A stretch of 61,386 bases of DNA, filler included, from Candidatus Coatesbacteria bacterium (GTDB lineage Bacteria > JAFGND01): assembly GCA_016927185.1 (NCBI GenBank). It is 4 parts of 4 records of this genome, joined end to end, with 100 filler letters (N's around TTAATTAATTAA, not from the genome) between each part and the next. Parts side by side here need not be neighbours in the genome. Positions count along the whole stretch, not along the records: positions 24,276 to 43,935 come from JAFGND010000086.1; positions 44,036 to 52,617 come from JAFGND010000089.1; 2 more parts are not named here. One strand, 5' to 3'. Each line of letters starts with the position of its first letter. The first letter of the stretch is position 1. A program made the position numbers and the translations under genes. Under the pieces are notes generated by a model. That model was not told the DNA's origin. It saw only the letters and a list, made by a program, of their open reading frames with translations, and searched no databases. Positions 38,828 to 48,352 of this stretch are shown here, in pieces.

Positions 38828-41543
38828 GCGCTTCACCCCATGTTTTTCCACATGAAATGGAAACCTTTAAAGGTACAGAGAAAGACATTGTAGTTTCCAT
38901 TTCTGTTTTAATCATTGTAATCAGAGTATCGACCTGTTCTTTGGGAATTTGAAATAATAATTCATCATGAACCTGAACTATCAGTTTGGCGTCAGGAAAT
39001 TCATTTCTTAGTTTCCTGTAAACATCTATCATCGCTTTCTTTATAAGATCAGCTGCACTTCCTTGTATTGGAGAATTCATTGCAACTCTTTCTCCTTGCT
39101 TTCTTATAGTATTATTTCTGCTGTAAATCTCATCAATTTGTCTCCTTCTGCCAAGAATAGTTTTGGAATAGCCTCTTATTCTTGCTTCTTCAACAAGAGA
39201 ATTCAGAGTATTTATAACTTCCGGGAAATGGTCAAAATATGATTTTATGAATTTATCTGCTTCATTCCTGGAAATATTAAGTGTCTGTGATAATCCATGG
39301 GCGGTTTGACCATAAATAAGACCAAAATTGACTGTTTTTGCTATTCTTCTTTCATCTTTTGTAACTTCATCCATAGATTTATTCATAAGCTGACTAGCTG
39401 TAAGTGAATGAATATCTTTATCTTGTTTATATGCATCAAACAACGCTCCCTTTCCAATAAAATGCGCAAGTATTCTCAATTCAATCTGACTGTAATCCGC
39501 TGAAACAAAAACCTTGTCTTCCCCGGATGGGATAAAACAGTTCCTTATCCTGTCACCATATACTCCTTTTATTGGAATGTTTTGAATGTTCGGAGAAGAA
39601 GAAGAAAGCCTGCCAGTAACTGTTCCAACTTGAGAATAATTTGGATGTAATCTGCCTGTTTTAGAAGAACAAAGATTGGGAAGAGGATTTAGATAAGCTG
39701 ATAAAAGTTTAGTTAATTCCCTGTGCTCAAGCATCTTTGGGATTACTGGATGAGAATTATATAACTGCAAGAGAACATCAGAATCTGTTGAAGTTCCTGT
39801 TTTTGTTTTTCTTATTTTATTAAGGTTTAGTTTCCCAAATAATACTTCAGATAATTGCTTCGTAGATCTAATATTAAACTCAGTTCCTGCCAATTTATAG
39901 ATTTCTTCTGTCGTTTCATCTATTCTTCTATTAATCTCATTAGAAAGATTCGATATTGCATTTTTATCTATTGCAATACCTTCATATTCCATCTCTGCAA
40001 GAATTGATATAAGAGGAACTTCAATTCTGTGAAAAAGATCAGAAAGATCTTCAGCAGAATCAATATCCTTTTTGAGTCTATTCCATAATCTTAATGTAAT
40101 ATCTGCATCTTCTGAAGAATAATAGCAAGCTTTCTGGACAGGGACTTTCGAAAACTCATTTGTATTGCAATGCATTAGGAGTTCATTATAGGAAATCATC
40201 TTGTAATCAAGAAACTGATTTGCAAGAAAATCAAGACTGTATCTTCTTTTTTGTGGATCCAGCAACCATGCAGCAATCATTGTATCGGATTCTATGCCTT
40301 TAAGATTTATCTTCTCATTCTTGAATATTAAATAATCATATTTAATATTATGACCTAATTTCTTGATTTTTTCATCTTCAAGCAAGCATCTGCAAATCTC
40401 AATGGCTTCAGGAATATTAAGATTGGAATTCCCTTCATGTCTTAAAGGTAAGTAATATCCATGTCCTTCCTCTAAGGCAAATGAAATTCCTACTAATTCT
40501 GCTTCCTGAGTATTAAGACTGGTTGTTTCTGTATCTACTGAAAGGATTTCACTTTTTGCTATTTTGTTTGCTAGAAGTTTTAGTTCATCAATGCTATTAA
40601 TTGCTTTATATGACTTCTTTTCAAAGTCTATCTCTATCTCTTGTAGCGAAGGGAAAAACTCCTCTTGGATAGTTTCTTTTTGAATTGTTTCTTGATTCAA
40701 TTCATTCATTAATGATTTGAAACCCAATTCAAGAAATGTTAATCTTGCTTTCTCACTTGGTTTTGGTACCAATAGCATTTCATCCATATTTATTTCCAGA
40801 TCTGTCCTTAATTCAACAAGTTTTCTGGTTAATTCGACATCATTTCTTGATTTCAAAAGTTTATCTGCATGAGTTTTAGAGATTTTTGAGATGTTTTCGT
40901 AAATATTGTCAAGGTTATCATATTCCTTTAAAAGACGAACAGCACTTTTAGGACCTATTCCTTTGGCACCTGGCAAATTATCTGAGGAATCTCCTGTCAA
41001 AGACAGATAATCTTTTACCTGATCTGCTCTTACTCCCAGATGACTCTCTATATTTTCATGACTTAGAAGTTCTGTATCACCACCACTTCTAGGTCTCAGC
41101 ATCAGTATATCAGTTTGTAATATCTGGAAAAGATCCTTATCAGATGTCAATATATATACCTTATAACCTGCTTTTTTTAATTTAAGAGAAGCACTTGCCA
41201 ATAAATCATCTGATTCAAAATTATCTCTTATAATGCTTTTTAAACCTATTTCTTCTATTATCATTGGAAGCATTGATAGTTGATACGCTAAATCTTCAGG
41301 CATTTTCTCTCTTTGTGCTTTATATTCAGCATAGATTTCATGTCTGAATGTCTTTGCTGGAGGATCAAAAAAAATTGCTATACCTGAAGGATGATAATTA
41401 TTTCTTAAAGCAAATATCTGCCTTATGAAACCATAAATCATCTGAACTGGCTTGCCTGATGGACTAGTTAGAGATCTTGGAGAAAATGCATAAAAACTCC
41501 TATAAGCAAGAGCATGTCCATCAACTAAAATTACAAGAGACAT
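38820..41543 (-). CDS. polA: DNA polymerase I
   Basis: 5'-3' exonuclease (VDGHALAYR, GDSSDNLPG), 3'-5' exonuclease (DTET, HNIKYD), polymerase (TGRLSS, ADYSQIELR, NFGLIYG, QVHDEL). Confidence 0.98.
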   Translation of the reverse strand: MSLVILVDGHALAYRSFYAFSPRSLTSPSGKPVQMIYGFIRQIFALRNNYHPSGIAIFFDPPAKTFRHEIYAEYKAQREKMPEDLAYQLSMLPMIIEEIGLKSIIRDNFESDDLLASASLKLKKAGYKVYILTSDKDLFQILQTDILMLRPRSGGDTELLSHENIESHLGVRADQVKDYLSLTGDSSDNLPGAKGIGPKSAVRLLKEYDNLDNIYENISKISKTHADKLLKSRNDVELTRKLVELRTDLEINMDEMLLVPKPSEKARLTFLELGFKSLMNELNQETIQKETIQEEFFPSLQEIEIDFEKKSYKAINSIDELKLLANKIAKSEILSVDTETTSLNTQEAELVGISFALEEGHGYYLPLRHEGNSNLNIPEAIEICRCLLEDEKIKKLGHNIKYDYLIFKNEKINLKGIESDTMIAAWLLDPQKRRYSLDFLANQFLDYKMISYNELLMHCNTNEFSKVPVQKACYYSSEDADITLRLWNRLKKDIDSAEDLSDLFHRIEVPLISILAEMEYEGIAIDKNAISNLSNEINRRIDETTEEIYKLAGTEFNIRSTKQLSEVLFGKLNLNKIRKTKTGTSTDSDVLLQLYNSHPVIPKMLEHRELTKLLSAYLNPLPNLCSSKTGRLHPNYSQVGTVTGRLSSSSPNIQNIPIKGVYGDRIRNCFIPSGEDKVFVSADYSQIELRILAHFIGKGALFDAYKQDKDIHSLTASQLMNKSMDEVTKDERRIAKTVNFGLIYGQTAHGLSQTLNISRNEADKFIKSYFDHFPEVINTLNSLVEEARIRGYSKTILGRRRQIDEIYSRNNTIRKQGERVAMNSPIQGSAADLIKKAMIDVYRKLRNEFPDAKLIVQVHDELLFQIPKEQVDTLITMIKTEMETTMSFSVPLKVSISCGKTWGEAHV

Positions 41544-41723
41544 CTTTAGTTCTTACTTTTATTACAAGGTTTTTTAGCAAGGAATTTCTTCGTCTATTGC
41601 TGATATATTAATATTGGCATTTCTGAAAACAGTAATGATTTAGAGTAATTTCATCTATTTGCTTGACTCCGAGATAAACAATTTTCTCACTCTGTCAGTA
41701 GGAAATTAAAGGAAAGGAAGTCT

Positions 41724-42845
41724 ATGGCTACGTATAAAATTGCATGGTTACCAGGTGATGGTGTTGGTAAAGATGTAATGGAAGCTGCTAAAATAGTCCT
41801 GGATAAAATCAAGCTTGATGCAGAATACTTATCAGGTGATATTGGATGGGAATTCTGGAAGAAAGAAGGTAACGCTTTTCCAGAAAGAACAAAAGAATTG
41901 CTAAGAAGAACAGATTGTGCTTTGTTTGGTGCAATAACCTCAAAACCGAAAGAGGAAGCAGAAAAGGAACTCACTTCGGAACTTCAGGGAAAAGGTCTGG
42001 TTTATTCAAGCCCAATTGTGGGATTAAGACAAGAGTTTAATCTTCATACCAATCTCAGACCATGTATTGCATATAAAGGTAATCCACTTAATTATAGGGA
42101 TGATATTAACATAGTGGTTTTTAGAGAGAATACTGAGGATTTATATGTTGGGATGGAATTCCACCCTCTACCACAAGAACTTGCTGATGTTTTGAATAAA
42201 TATCATGCAAAAAAATGGAAAAGATTTTCAGAAATGCCGCTTGAGGACATTGCTTTTTCATCAAGAATAAACTCAAGAAAAGGATGCCAGAGCATAATAA
42301 GGCAGGGTTTTGAATACGCAAAAAAGTACGGTTATAAATCAGTTACTATAGTTGAAAAACCAAATGTAATCAGAGAAACTTCTGGTCTAATGATAAGAGA
42401 GGCAAGAAAAATTGCAAAAGAATATCCATCAATTCAGCTTTGGGAAACAAACATAGATGCAATGACGATGTGGCTAATAAAAAATCCCCAGGACTATGGA
42501 GTCTTGGTAAGCAGTAATATGTTTGGGGATATAATCAGCGATCTTTGTGCACAATTAGTCGGAGGTTTAGGATTTGCAAGCAGTGCAAACATAGGAGACA
42601 AATATGCGGTATTTGAGCCTACTCACGGAAGTGCACCCAAGTATTCAGGGCTTTATAAAGTAAATCCAATGGCTATGCTGTTGACAGTAAAACTTATGCT
42701 TAATTGGTTAGGAGAATCAGAAAAAGCTGAAATGCTTGAAAAAGCTATTTCTGAAGTTATTGCAGAGGGAAAAATCAGAACATACGATATGGGAGGCAGC
42801 AATACTACTCTGGAAATAGCTGAAGCAGTAGCAAAAAAGCTTTAG
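41724..42845 (+). CDS. isocitrate/isopropylmalate dehydrogenase family protein
   Basis: PGDGVGKDV, NLRP, RENTEDLY, NMFGDIISD, FEPTHGSAP. Confidence 0.92.
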   Translation: MATYKIAWLPGDGVGKDVMEAAKIVLDKIKLDAEYLSGDIGWEFWKKEGNAFPERTKELLRRTDCALFGAITSKPKEEAEKELTSELQGKGLVYSSPIVGLRQEFNLHTNLRPCIAYKGNPLNYRDDINIVVFRENTEDLYVGMEFHPLPQELADVLNKYHAKKWKRFSEMPLEDIAFSSRINSRKGCQSIIRQGFEYAKKYGYKSVTIVEKPNVIRETSGLMIREARKIAKEYPSIQLWETNIDAMTMWLIKNPQDYGVLVSSNMFGDIISDLCAQLVGGLGFASSANIGDKYAVFEPTHGSAPKYSGLYKVNPMAMLLTVKLMLNWLGESEKAEMLEKAISEVIAEGKIRTYDMGGSNTTLEIAEAVAKKL

Positions 42846-42909
42846 TATAATTCAATTTTTTTGGTAAGATGTACAAAGTATTTTGTACATCTCTATTACG
42901 GAGGTAACA

Positions 42910-43773
42910 ATGGATACTAAAGTGGCAATCATATACTTTAGTGCTACTGGTAACACAGAAATGATAGCATTTGAATATGCAAGAAACTTCCAGGAAACAG
43001 GTGCGAATGTTGATTTGATAAGAATGGAAGAGTTCAAGGAACCATTTCCTTACAATTATTATGATTTTTTTGGATTTGGTTTTCCAATATGGGGTTGCAG
43101 GGCACCTATATGGTTTAGAAACAAGATACTGCAGTTTCCAGAAGCCAAGATAGATCAGAAAGCCTTTATTTTCGGAACAAGTGCAGGTTGGTATAGTGAT
43201 GCAGCTATTCCAATAATCAAGATACTTAAGGAGAAGAAATATAATGTAGTTAGAGCATCTTTTTACAAAATGCCTTCCAATATTATAATAAGCTCTGCTC
43301 AAGAAAAATTCCAGAAAAGATTTTATCAAAAACTCTATAATAATGCGACACTAAAGGTTGAATCTGAAGTAAGAGAAATTATTGCAGAAAACAAAAACGC
43401 TGAAATCCAATCTATGTTAACTTACAAGACAGAAAGTATGGATATTGATAATCTACCAAAGTCAGGTTGTATTTTAAGTTTTCTCACAAATTACATGAAC
43501 ACCATGAAAAAACTACCTGGACACAAATTCTCAATAAAAAGAACGAAAATCAATGATAATTGCATAAGATGTCAATTATGCTACAAATCATGTCCTGTTA
43601 ATGCCATCAAATGGATTGGAAACAAACCATTAATAACTGAGGATTGTATTCTCTGTATGAGGTGCATTAACAACTGCCCAGTAAATGCAATAGAAACTTT
43701 TGGCATCCGTAAAGGAAGTACCTATAAAGCACCTGATTACTCACCACCAATTCTGAGAAATGAAGTACAATGA
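42910..43773 (+). CDS. EFR1-type flavodoxin-ferredoxin fusion
   Basis: YFSATGNT, GFGFPIW, MPSN, CIRCQLCYKSCP and CILCMRCINNCP; GGAGG RBS before ATG 42910. Confidence 0.88.
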   Translation: MDTKVAIIYFSATGNTEMIAFEYARNFQETGANVDLIRMEEFKEPFPYNYYDFFGFGFPIWGCRAPIWFRNKILQFPEAKIDQKAFIFGTSAGWYSDAAIPIIKILKEKKYNVVRASFYKMPSNIIISSAQEKFQKRFYQKLYNNATLKVESEVREIIAENKNAEIQSMLTYKTESMDIDNLPKSGCILSFLTNYMNTMKKLPGHKFSIKRTKINDNCIRCQLCYKSCPVNAIKWIGNKPLITEDCILCMRCINNCPVNAIETFGIRKGSTYKAPDYSPPILRNEVQ

Positions 43774-43935
43774 ATATAGAAAAATCTGCATTGATTATAT
43801 ACTTTAGTGGAACAGGAAATACTGATTTTATAGCAAAAGAATACGCAAAACATTTCTTGAAAGCAGATTATTCAGTAGATATATTTCCAGTTGAACTTGA
43901 ATGGACAAATTTGAATTTCTCGAAATATGCATATA
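43770..43935 (+). CDS. second flavodoxin-domain paralog, truncated by contig end
   Basis: IIYFSGTGNTDFIAKEYA closely parallels the N-terminus of the upstream gene. Confidence 0.75.
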
Positions 43936-44035
43936 NNNNNNNNNNNNNNNNNNNNNNNNNNNNNNNNNNNNNNNNNNNNTTAATTAATTAANNNNNNNNN
44001 NNNNNNNNNNNNNNNNNNNNNNNNNNNNNNNNNNN
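43936..44035. other. artificial contig-join linker
   Basis: N-TTAATTAATTAA-N, 100 nt. Confidence 0.97.
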
Positions 44036-44372
44036 TATTTGGTCTGTTCCATTTGTTTTCAATCATGTTGTATATTTTGGAAGCGGAGATTCTTATCTTT
44101 ATGCTATAGAAACATATGGATACAAGGGTTTCAAGGAAAACAAATCAATAAATAGAATTCCAGGCAAGCATTTCTCAGTTTATCCTAATCCTTTTACTTC
44201 CCATTTGTCAATTTCCTCTTCTTCCTCTGCTTCAATCTATTCCCTGACTGGTCAGCTGATTGTAAAACTAGACAAAGGGAAGCACTCTCTTGATACAAAC
44301 AGCTGGAAAGAGGGAGTTTATATTATTAAATCTGAAAAAGAAACCAAGCGAATAGTAAAAATTAATGAATAA
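44036..44372 (+). CDS. 3' end of another PQQ-like beta-propeller with the shared C-terminal domain (missing from the ORF track)
   Basis: The frame from 44037 reads IWSVPFVFNHVVYFGSGDSYLYAIETYGYKGFKE...YPNPFTS...YSLTGQL...EGVYIIKSEKETKRIVKINE*. Confidence 0.9.
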
Positions 44373-44387
44373 AATTAAACAAGGAAC

Positions 44388-44500
44388 AGACCCTTTAATC
44401 AAGTTCAGGGATGATAAATACCCAATTCCTGTCATGCTGAACTTGATTCAGCATCTCAATAAAAGTAAGTAAATATATCCTGAAATGAATTCAGGATGAC
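44388..44500. repeat. cluster of three REP-like palindromic units
   Basis: GTCATGCTGAACTTGATTCAGCATCT (44431-44456) with inverted copies at 44475-44500 and, degenerate, at 44388-44414. Confidence 0.8.
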
Positions 44501-44683
44501 AACTTAATATTACTTCCTCATAAGTCAGTCCATGATGTCTAGGCACTATACTAAAAAAACAAAATTTTAAGTTGACAAAAAAACCTTATTCCTATAGCGC
44601 TGGTTTTTATTAAACAGTTAGTAAAGATGTGCTGACAGATTAATCTATCTATGAGTTAAAAACAATTATCGATAGGGGGTAGA

Positions 44684-46753
44684 ATGGTGAGAAATCTAAA
44701 GAAAGGAACCATATTAACTATATTGATTGTTATTCCTTTAGCATTATTTTATCTGGCTTGTAATGAAGGAACAGGAGATCCAGCAACAAATGTATCTCCA
44801 GATACTAAATTGAGCCAGTCTCCTGCAAAAGGAAGTTCCAACAATCTTTATTATCAGGAATTTTATTGGTATGGATCTGATAATGATGGCTATGTTCCAT
44901 GTTATATTTACAGGATTCAAAGAGCAGATAACATGAATGGTGGAAATGCCAGAACTCCTGATGATATGTATAAGAATATTAAGGATGCAAACAAGATGAC
45001 TGGAAAGTGGGAGGGGTGGATATGGACAACCTCAACAGCTGATACCCTCTACTTCACAGCAGGAGATGTAGGAAATGAGTATTATTACCGTCGCGAAATA
45101 AGATCAATTGATAATACTGCAAAATGGGATTATACAAAAGCTTCTTCTTCATCTATTGACGATGAATATTTCGAAGATGTTGGCGATAGCCTTGGATACT
45201 ATGATACAAAAGACAGATGTATATCAGAGGGAAACAATGAAGGCATAGCAACTCCATTAGGTCAGCAACTAACTGAGCTTACGCCATTGGAAACAAGAAG
45301 AGCACTCAAGCCAACAGAAATAACAGAAGGATCATATGATAATTCTCCCGCTGATACTGGATGGTTTTCTGTAACCAATAAGACAGATAATTTGCCTTTT
45401 ATAGAAGGTATTCAGCTAACCAACTGGGATGACGCTGGTTTTATAAGAGCTTCGGATGATACAACTTTTGATTATACAAACATAGAGAGAGATGATTCTA
45501 CTGGAGAATATAAGTTGTATAAGATCTGGGATTCAAGTAAGAGACCTCTTATAACCTATCCAACAGTATTAATGAAAGTAACGATGAATACTCAGTTTGG
45601 AAAAACCAAGAACCCAGGTAATGTAAGAGGATTTGTTGTTATTATTGGAAAAGAACAAGGTGGAAAAATCAGGATTGAAAAACCAACTATTACAGCTAAC
45701 ACAAAAGTTTATGAGACTGGAGAAAAAGGAGTTTCCCAGGCAGTTGTTGATTTAAGAGAGCATTGGTCTGAATTAGAAAATGAAACTGGTAAAAGTGAAA
45801 AGGATGTTTTCACGAAAGTTACAGTTGCCATATGGGCAGTAGACAAAGCTAATTCTGTTTCAGAAAAATGCTGGGCTATGTTCTGGGATATAATGCCAGT
45901 ATCTTATGAAACAAAAACTGTTTGTATTCATTTTAACATCTACCAGAGCGGACAGGGATTCAAGACATCATACAAATTCTTTGAGCGTTATATAGGTGGT
46001 GCACCCGACAATAATCCTGATGCTATTACTAACAGATACAAAGAATACAGTTCAAGCGCTGCTGAATTCATTCCAAGAGATCTGGATTGCTTCAAGACAA
46101 TTGTATGGACAGGGACTGACTTTTTGCAGGCTCAAACAACTGCTAGTCATGATGTGCTGCATACATTTGAGAAATACTTGACTGCATATCTTGATAAAGC
46201 TTCAATAAAGGATACAAGAAACCTCTTCATGTTCTCCATATTCCCGATGTCATTCAGGAGAACTGGAGCCGCAAGTGCTGCTTTTAAAACGAAATATTTG
46301 CATCTGGGAACTTATTCATATGAGTTTGAAAACGGGCAATTTGGGCAATCCTATGATTATATTGCGAAAACATTGAACACACTCCAGGACATGGGAGAAA
46401 GTAATTTCCCATCTTTGGTTGTAGATAAATATCATTGCCAAAAAGATCGTAATTCTACAGCAGATTCATCGATGATTAAAGAAGTAGTTGCTTTCAATTT
46501 CTCGTCTGAAGGAATAGACGGAAACGCGATTTATAAGCATGGTAATGTTAAGGCAACTCAGGGTGGAAGCACTCCAGTAGTAGGTTTCAAGGAGAACAAT
46601 GAAGGACGCTATAAAATCGTCTACATAGGAGCACCTTTGTATGCTTTTTTACCTCATAAAACTCCTGCAGAATACAGTAGTAGTGACACAGAACAATCCA
46701 ACAAGATAAGAAATATTTGTAACTACGTTCTTCATACTTATTTCTTTAAATAG
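44684..46753 (+). CDS. large hypothetical lipoprotein
   Basis: Lipobox YLAC; PDT.L...FYWYGSDNDG.V Ig-like motif; 689-aa ORF followed by a terminator. Confidence 0.75.
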   Translation: MVRNLKKGTILTILIVIPLALFYLACNEGTGDPATNVSPDTKLSQSPAKGSSNNLYYQEFYWYGSDNDGYVPCYIYRIQRADNMNGGNARTPDDMYKNIKDANKMTGKWEGWIWTTSTADTLYFTAGDVGNEYYYRREIRSIDNTAKWDYTKASSSSIDDEYFEDVGDSLGYYDTKDRCISEGNNEGIATPLGQQLTELTPLETRRALKPTEITEGSYDNSPADTGWFSVTNKTDNLPFIEGIQLTNWDDAGFIRASDDTTFDYTNIERDDSTGEYKLYKIWDSSKRPLITYPTVLMKVTMNTQFGKTKNPGNVRGFVVIIGKEQGGKIRIEKPTITANTKVYETGEKGVSQAVVDLREHWSELENETGKSEKDVFTKVTVAIWAVDKANSVSEKCWAMFWDIMPVSYETKTVCIHFNIYQSGQGFKTSYKFFERYIGGAPDNNPDAITNRYKEYSSSAAEFIPRDLDCFKTIVWTGTDFLQAQTTASHDVLHTFEKYLTAYLDKASIKDTRNLFMFSIFPMSFRRTGAASAAFKTKYLHLGTYSYEFENGQFGQSYDYIAKTLNTLQDMGESNFPSLVVDKYHCQKDRNSTADSSMIKEVVAFNFSSEGIDGNAIYKHGNVKATQGGSTPVVGFKENNEGRYKIVYIGAPLYAFLPHKTPAEYSSSDTEQSNKIRNICNYVLHTYFFK

Positions 46754-46767
46754 AATCAAAGAGGTTA

Positions 46768-46803
46768 GCTGGAAGCTGCGAAAACAGCTTCCAGTTTTTT
46801 TTG
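46768..46803 (+). terminator. intrinsic terminator
   Basis: GCTGGAAGCTG-CGAAAA-CAGCTTCCAGT followed by a T run. Confidence 0.9.
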
Positions 46804-46842
46804 TGAAAACTTCGAAAATAAGATCCAGAAATATCTGTGAAA

Positions 46843-48285
46843 TTACTGCATCTTTATTATGCTGGTAATCTTGTCTCCAACTTTAATAATATAGCAGCCA
46901 ATCGGTGCAGGATTTCCGTCATCCAGATTTCCATCCCAGAATATTTCTCCTTGAGATTCAATAAGCTTTCTGAAGAAAACTATTCTGCCAGTGATATCCC
47001 AGATCTTTATATCCTTGTTTGCGGATGATTTTATAGAGTAACTAACTGAAATCATATCCCTGAAAGGATTGGGATAAACCTTCAAGGAGTTTTCAGTGGT
47101 TCTCTCTTGTTGATTGAAAGCTATATTTGTATATGAAATAGATGAACCGCTATCAATAAGAAGTAGTGATTTTTGAATTGTGCTTATGAATAAACCAGAG
47201 TCATTTGTCAGTATCATTGACTGGTGGATACCAAAATTGTATCTCCAAAGCAGGTCTCCCTTGTTTGAAAATGAGAATATATCTCCACCTAACATAGGAA
47301 CAAAAGAATTCTCTTCTCTGTCTATTATTACTGGGCATGCTTCATATTCATTGAAAGTCTGCTTGCTCATCCATTTAATATAACTAGTTTTATCTAATGC
47401 ATAAAGTTTGTCAGCGGCAACATATATCAAGCCAGTATTTGAAATGGCTGCAGTACTATAAAAATAAGTTCCCCTGCTTCCAAGTGGCATTTCCCACCTT
47501 AAAGATCCTGCAGAATTTATTGAAATGATGCTTGGTTTTGCAATAACAATATATATATTATCTTCCCTGTCAACAGATGGACTCCCAATTGGTGTACTCC
47601 CCATTATATATGTCCACCTATAGCTCCCTGATTCACTGTATGAATAAAGTCTGTAACCTATTTCAAAAAAGACAGTATTATTGTTATTGCTTAATACTGC
47701 TGAGCTGTAGGTCTGCCCAACTCCATTTGCTATCCATCTTTGTTTTCCAATACTGTCTAGTGAATAGAACTGACCATCTCTTGTACCTACAAATATATTA
47801 CCTTTTTTGTCTACAGTCGGTCCTGAATAAAATGGTCCAGCTCCTTTGAATTGCCAGAATGGAGTTCCATCGGATTGCGAATAAGAGTAAACAGATCCAT
47901 CAATGCAGGAAATATATAATTGATTGTCAATTCCAAGGGCAGGTGACGAAAAGGAGTTTGTATTGTTAAGAAGAACTCTTACCCATCTCAGATTACCTGT
48001 TTTATCTAGAGAGATTATGCTTCTTGTTGTTGAAGTCGGAAGTTCTCCGCAGAAGTAGTAATTGGACATAGAATCACAAACTGCACCGAATGAATATCTG
48101 CCTGAATAGCCTAGAGGGAATTCCCATGCTATCTTGTACTGAATGGGACCTTTTGTAGCAGTTTGTCCTGTATGCTGGGGATTCTTTCCCAATTGATCCC
48201 AGCTAGAAAAAGCATAGCCGTGAATTAAAAGTAATCCTGATATTGAACAAAATAGGATATATTTAAACTTCATTCCTAAAGACAT
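46843..48285 (-). CDS. secreted PQQ-like beta-propeller with FlgD-Ig/T9SS-like C-terminal domain
   Basis: WDQLGKNPQHTG; SSPALG, SGPTVD and GSPSVD blades; tail VYPNPF..IWDITGRIV..WDG..G.YIIK. Confidence 0.85.
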   Translation of the reverse strand: MSLGMKFKYILFCSISGLLLIHGYAFSSWDQLGKNPQHTGQTATKGPIQYKIAWEFPLGYSGRYSFGAVCDSMSNYYFCGELPTSTTRSIISLDKTGNLRWVRVLLNNTNSFSSPALGIDNQLYISCIDGSVYSYSQSDGTPFWQFKGAGPFYSGPTVDKKGNIFVGTRDGQFYSLDSIGKQRWIANGVGQTYSSAVLSNNNNTVFFEIGYRLYSYSESGSYRWTYIMGSTPIGSPSVDREDNIYIVIAKPSIISINSAGSLRWEMPLGSRGTYFYSTAAISNTGLIYVAADKLYALDKTSYIKWMSKQTFNEYEACPVIIDREENSFVPMLGGDIFSFSNKGDLLWRYNFGIHQSMILTNDSGLFISTIQKSLLLIDSGSSISYTNIAFNQQERTTENSLKVYPNPFRDMISVSYSIKSSANKDIKIWDITGRIVFFRKLIESQGEIFWDGNLDDGNPAPIGCYIIKVGDKITSIIKMQ

Positions 48286-48352
48286 TTTCTTGCTGGCATA
48301 AATTTAAGTCAAGTCAGAAAAAATCTTTAAATTTTTATTGTTAATTAAATTA

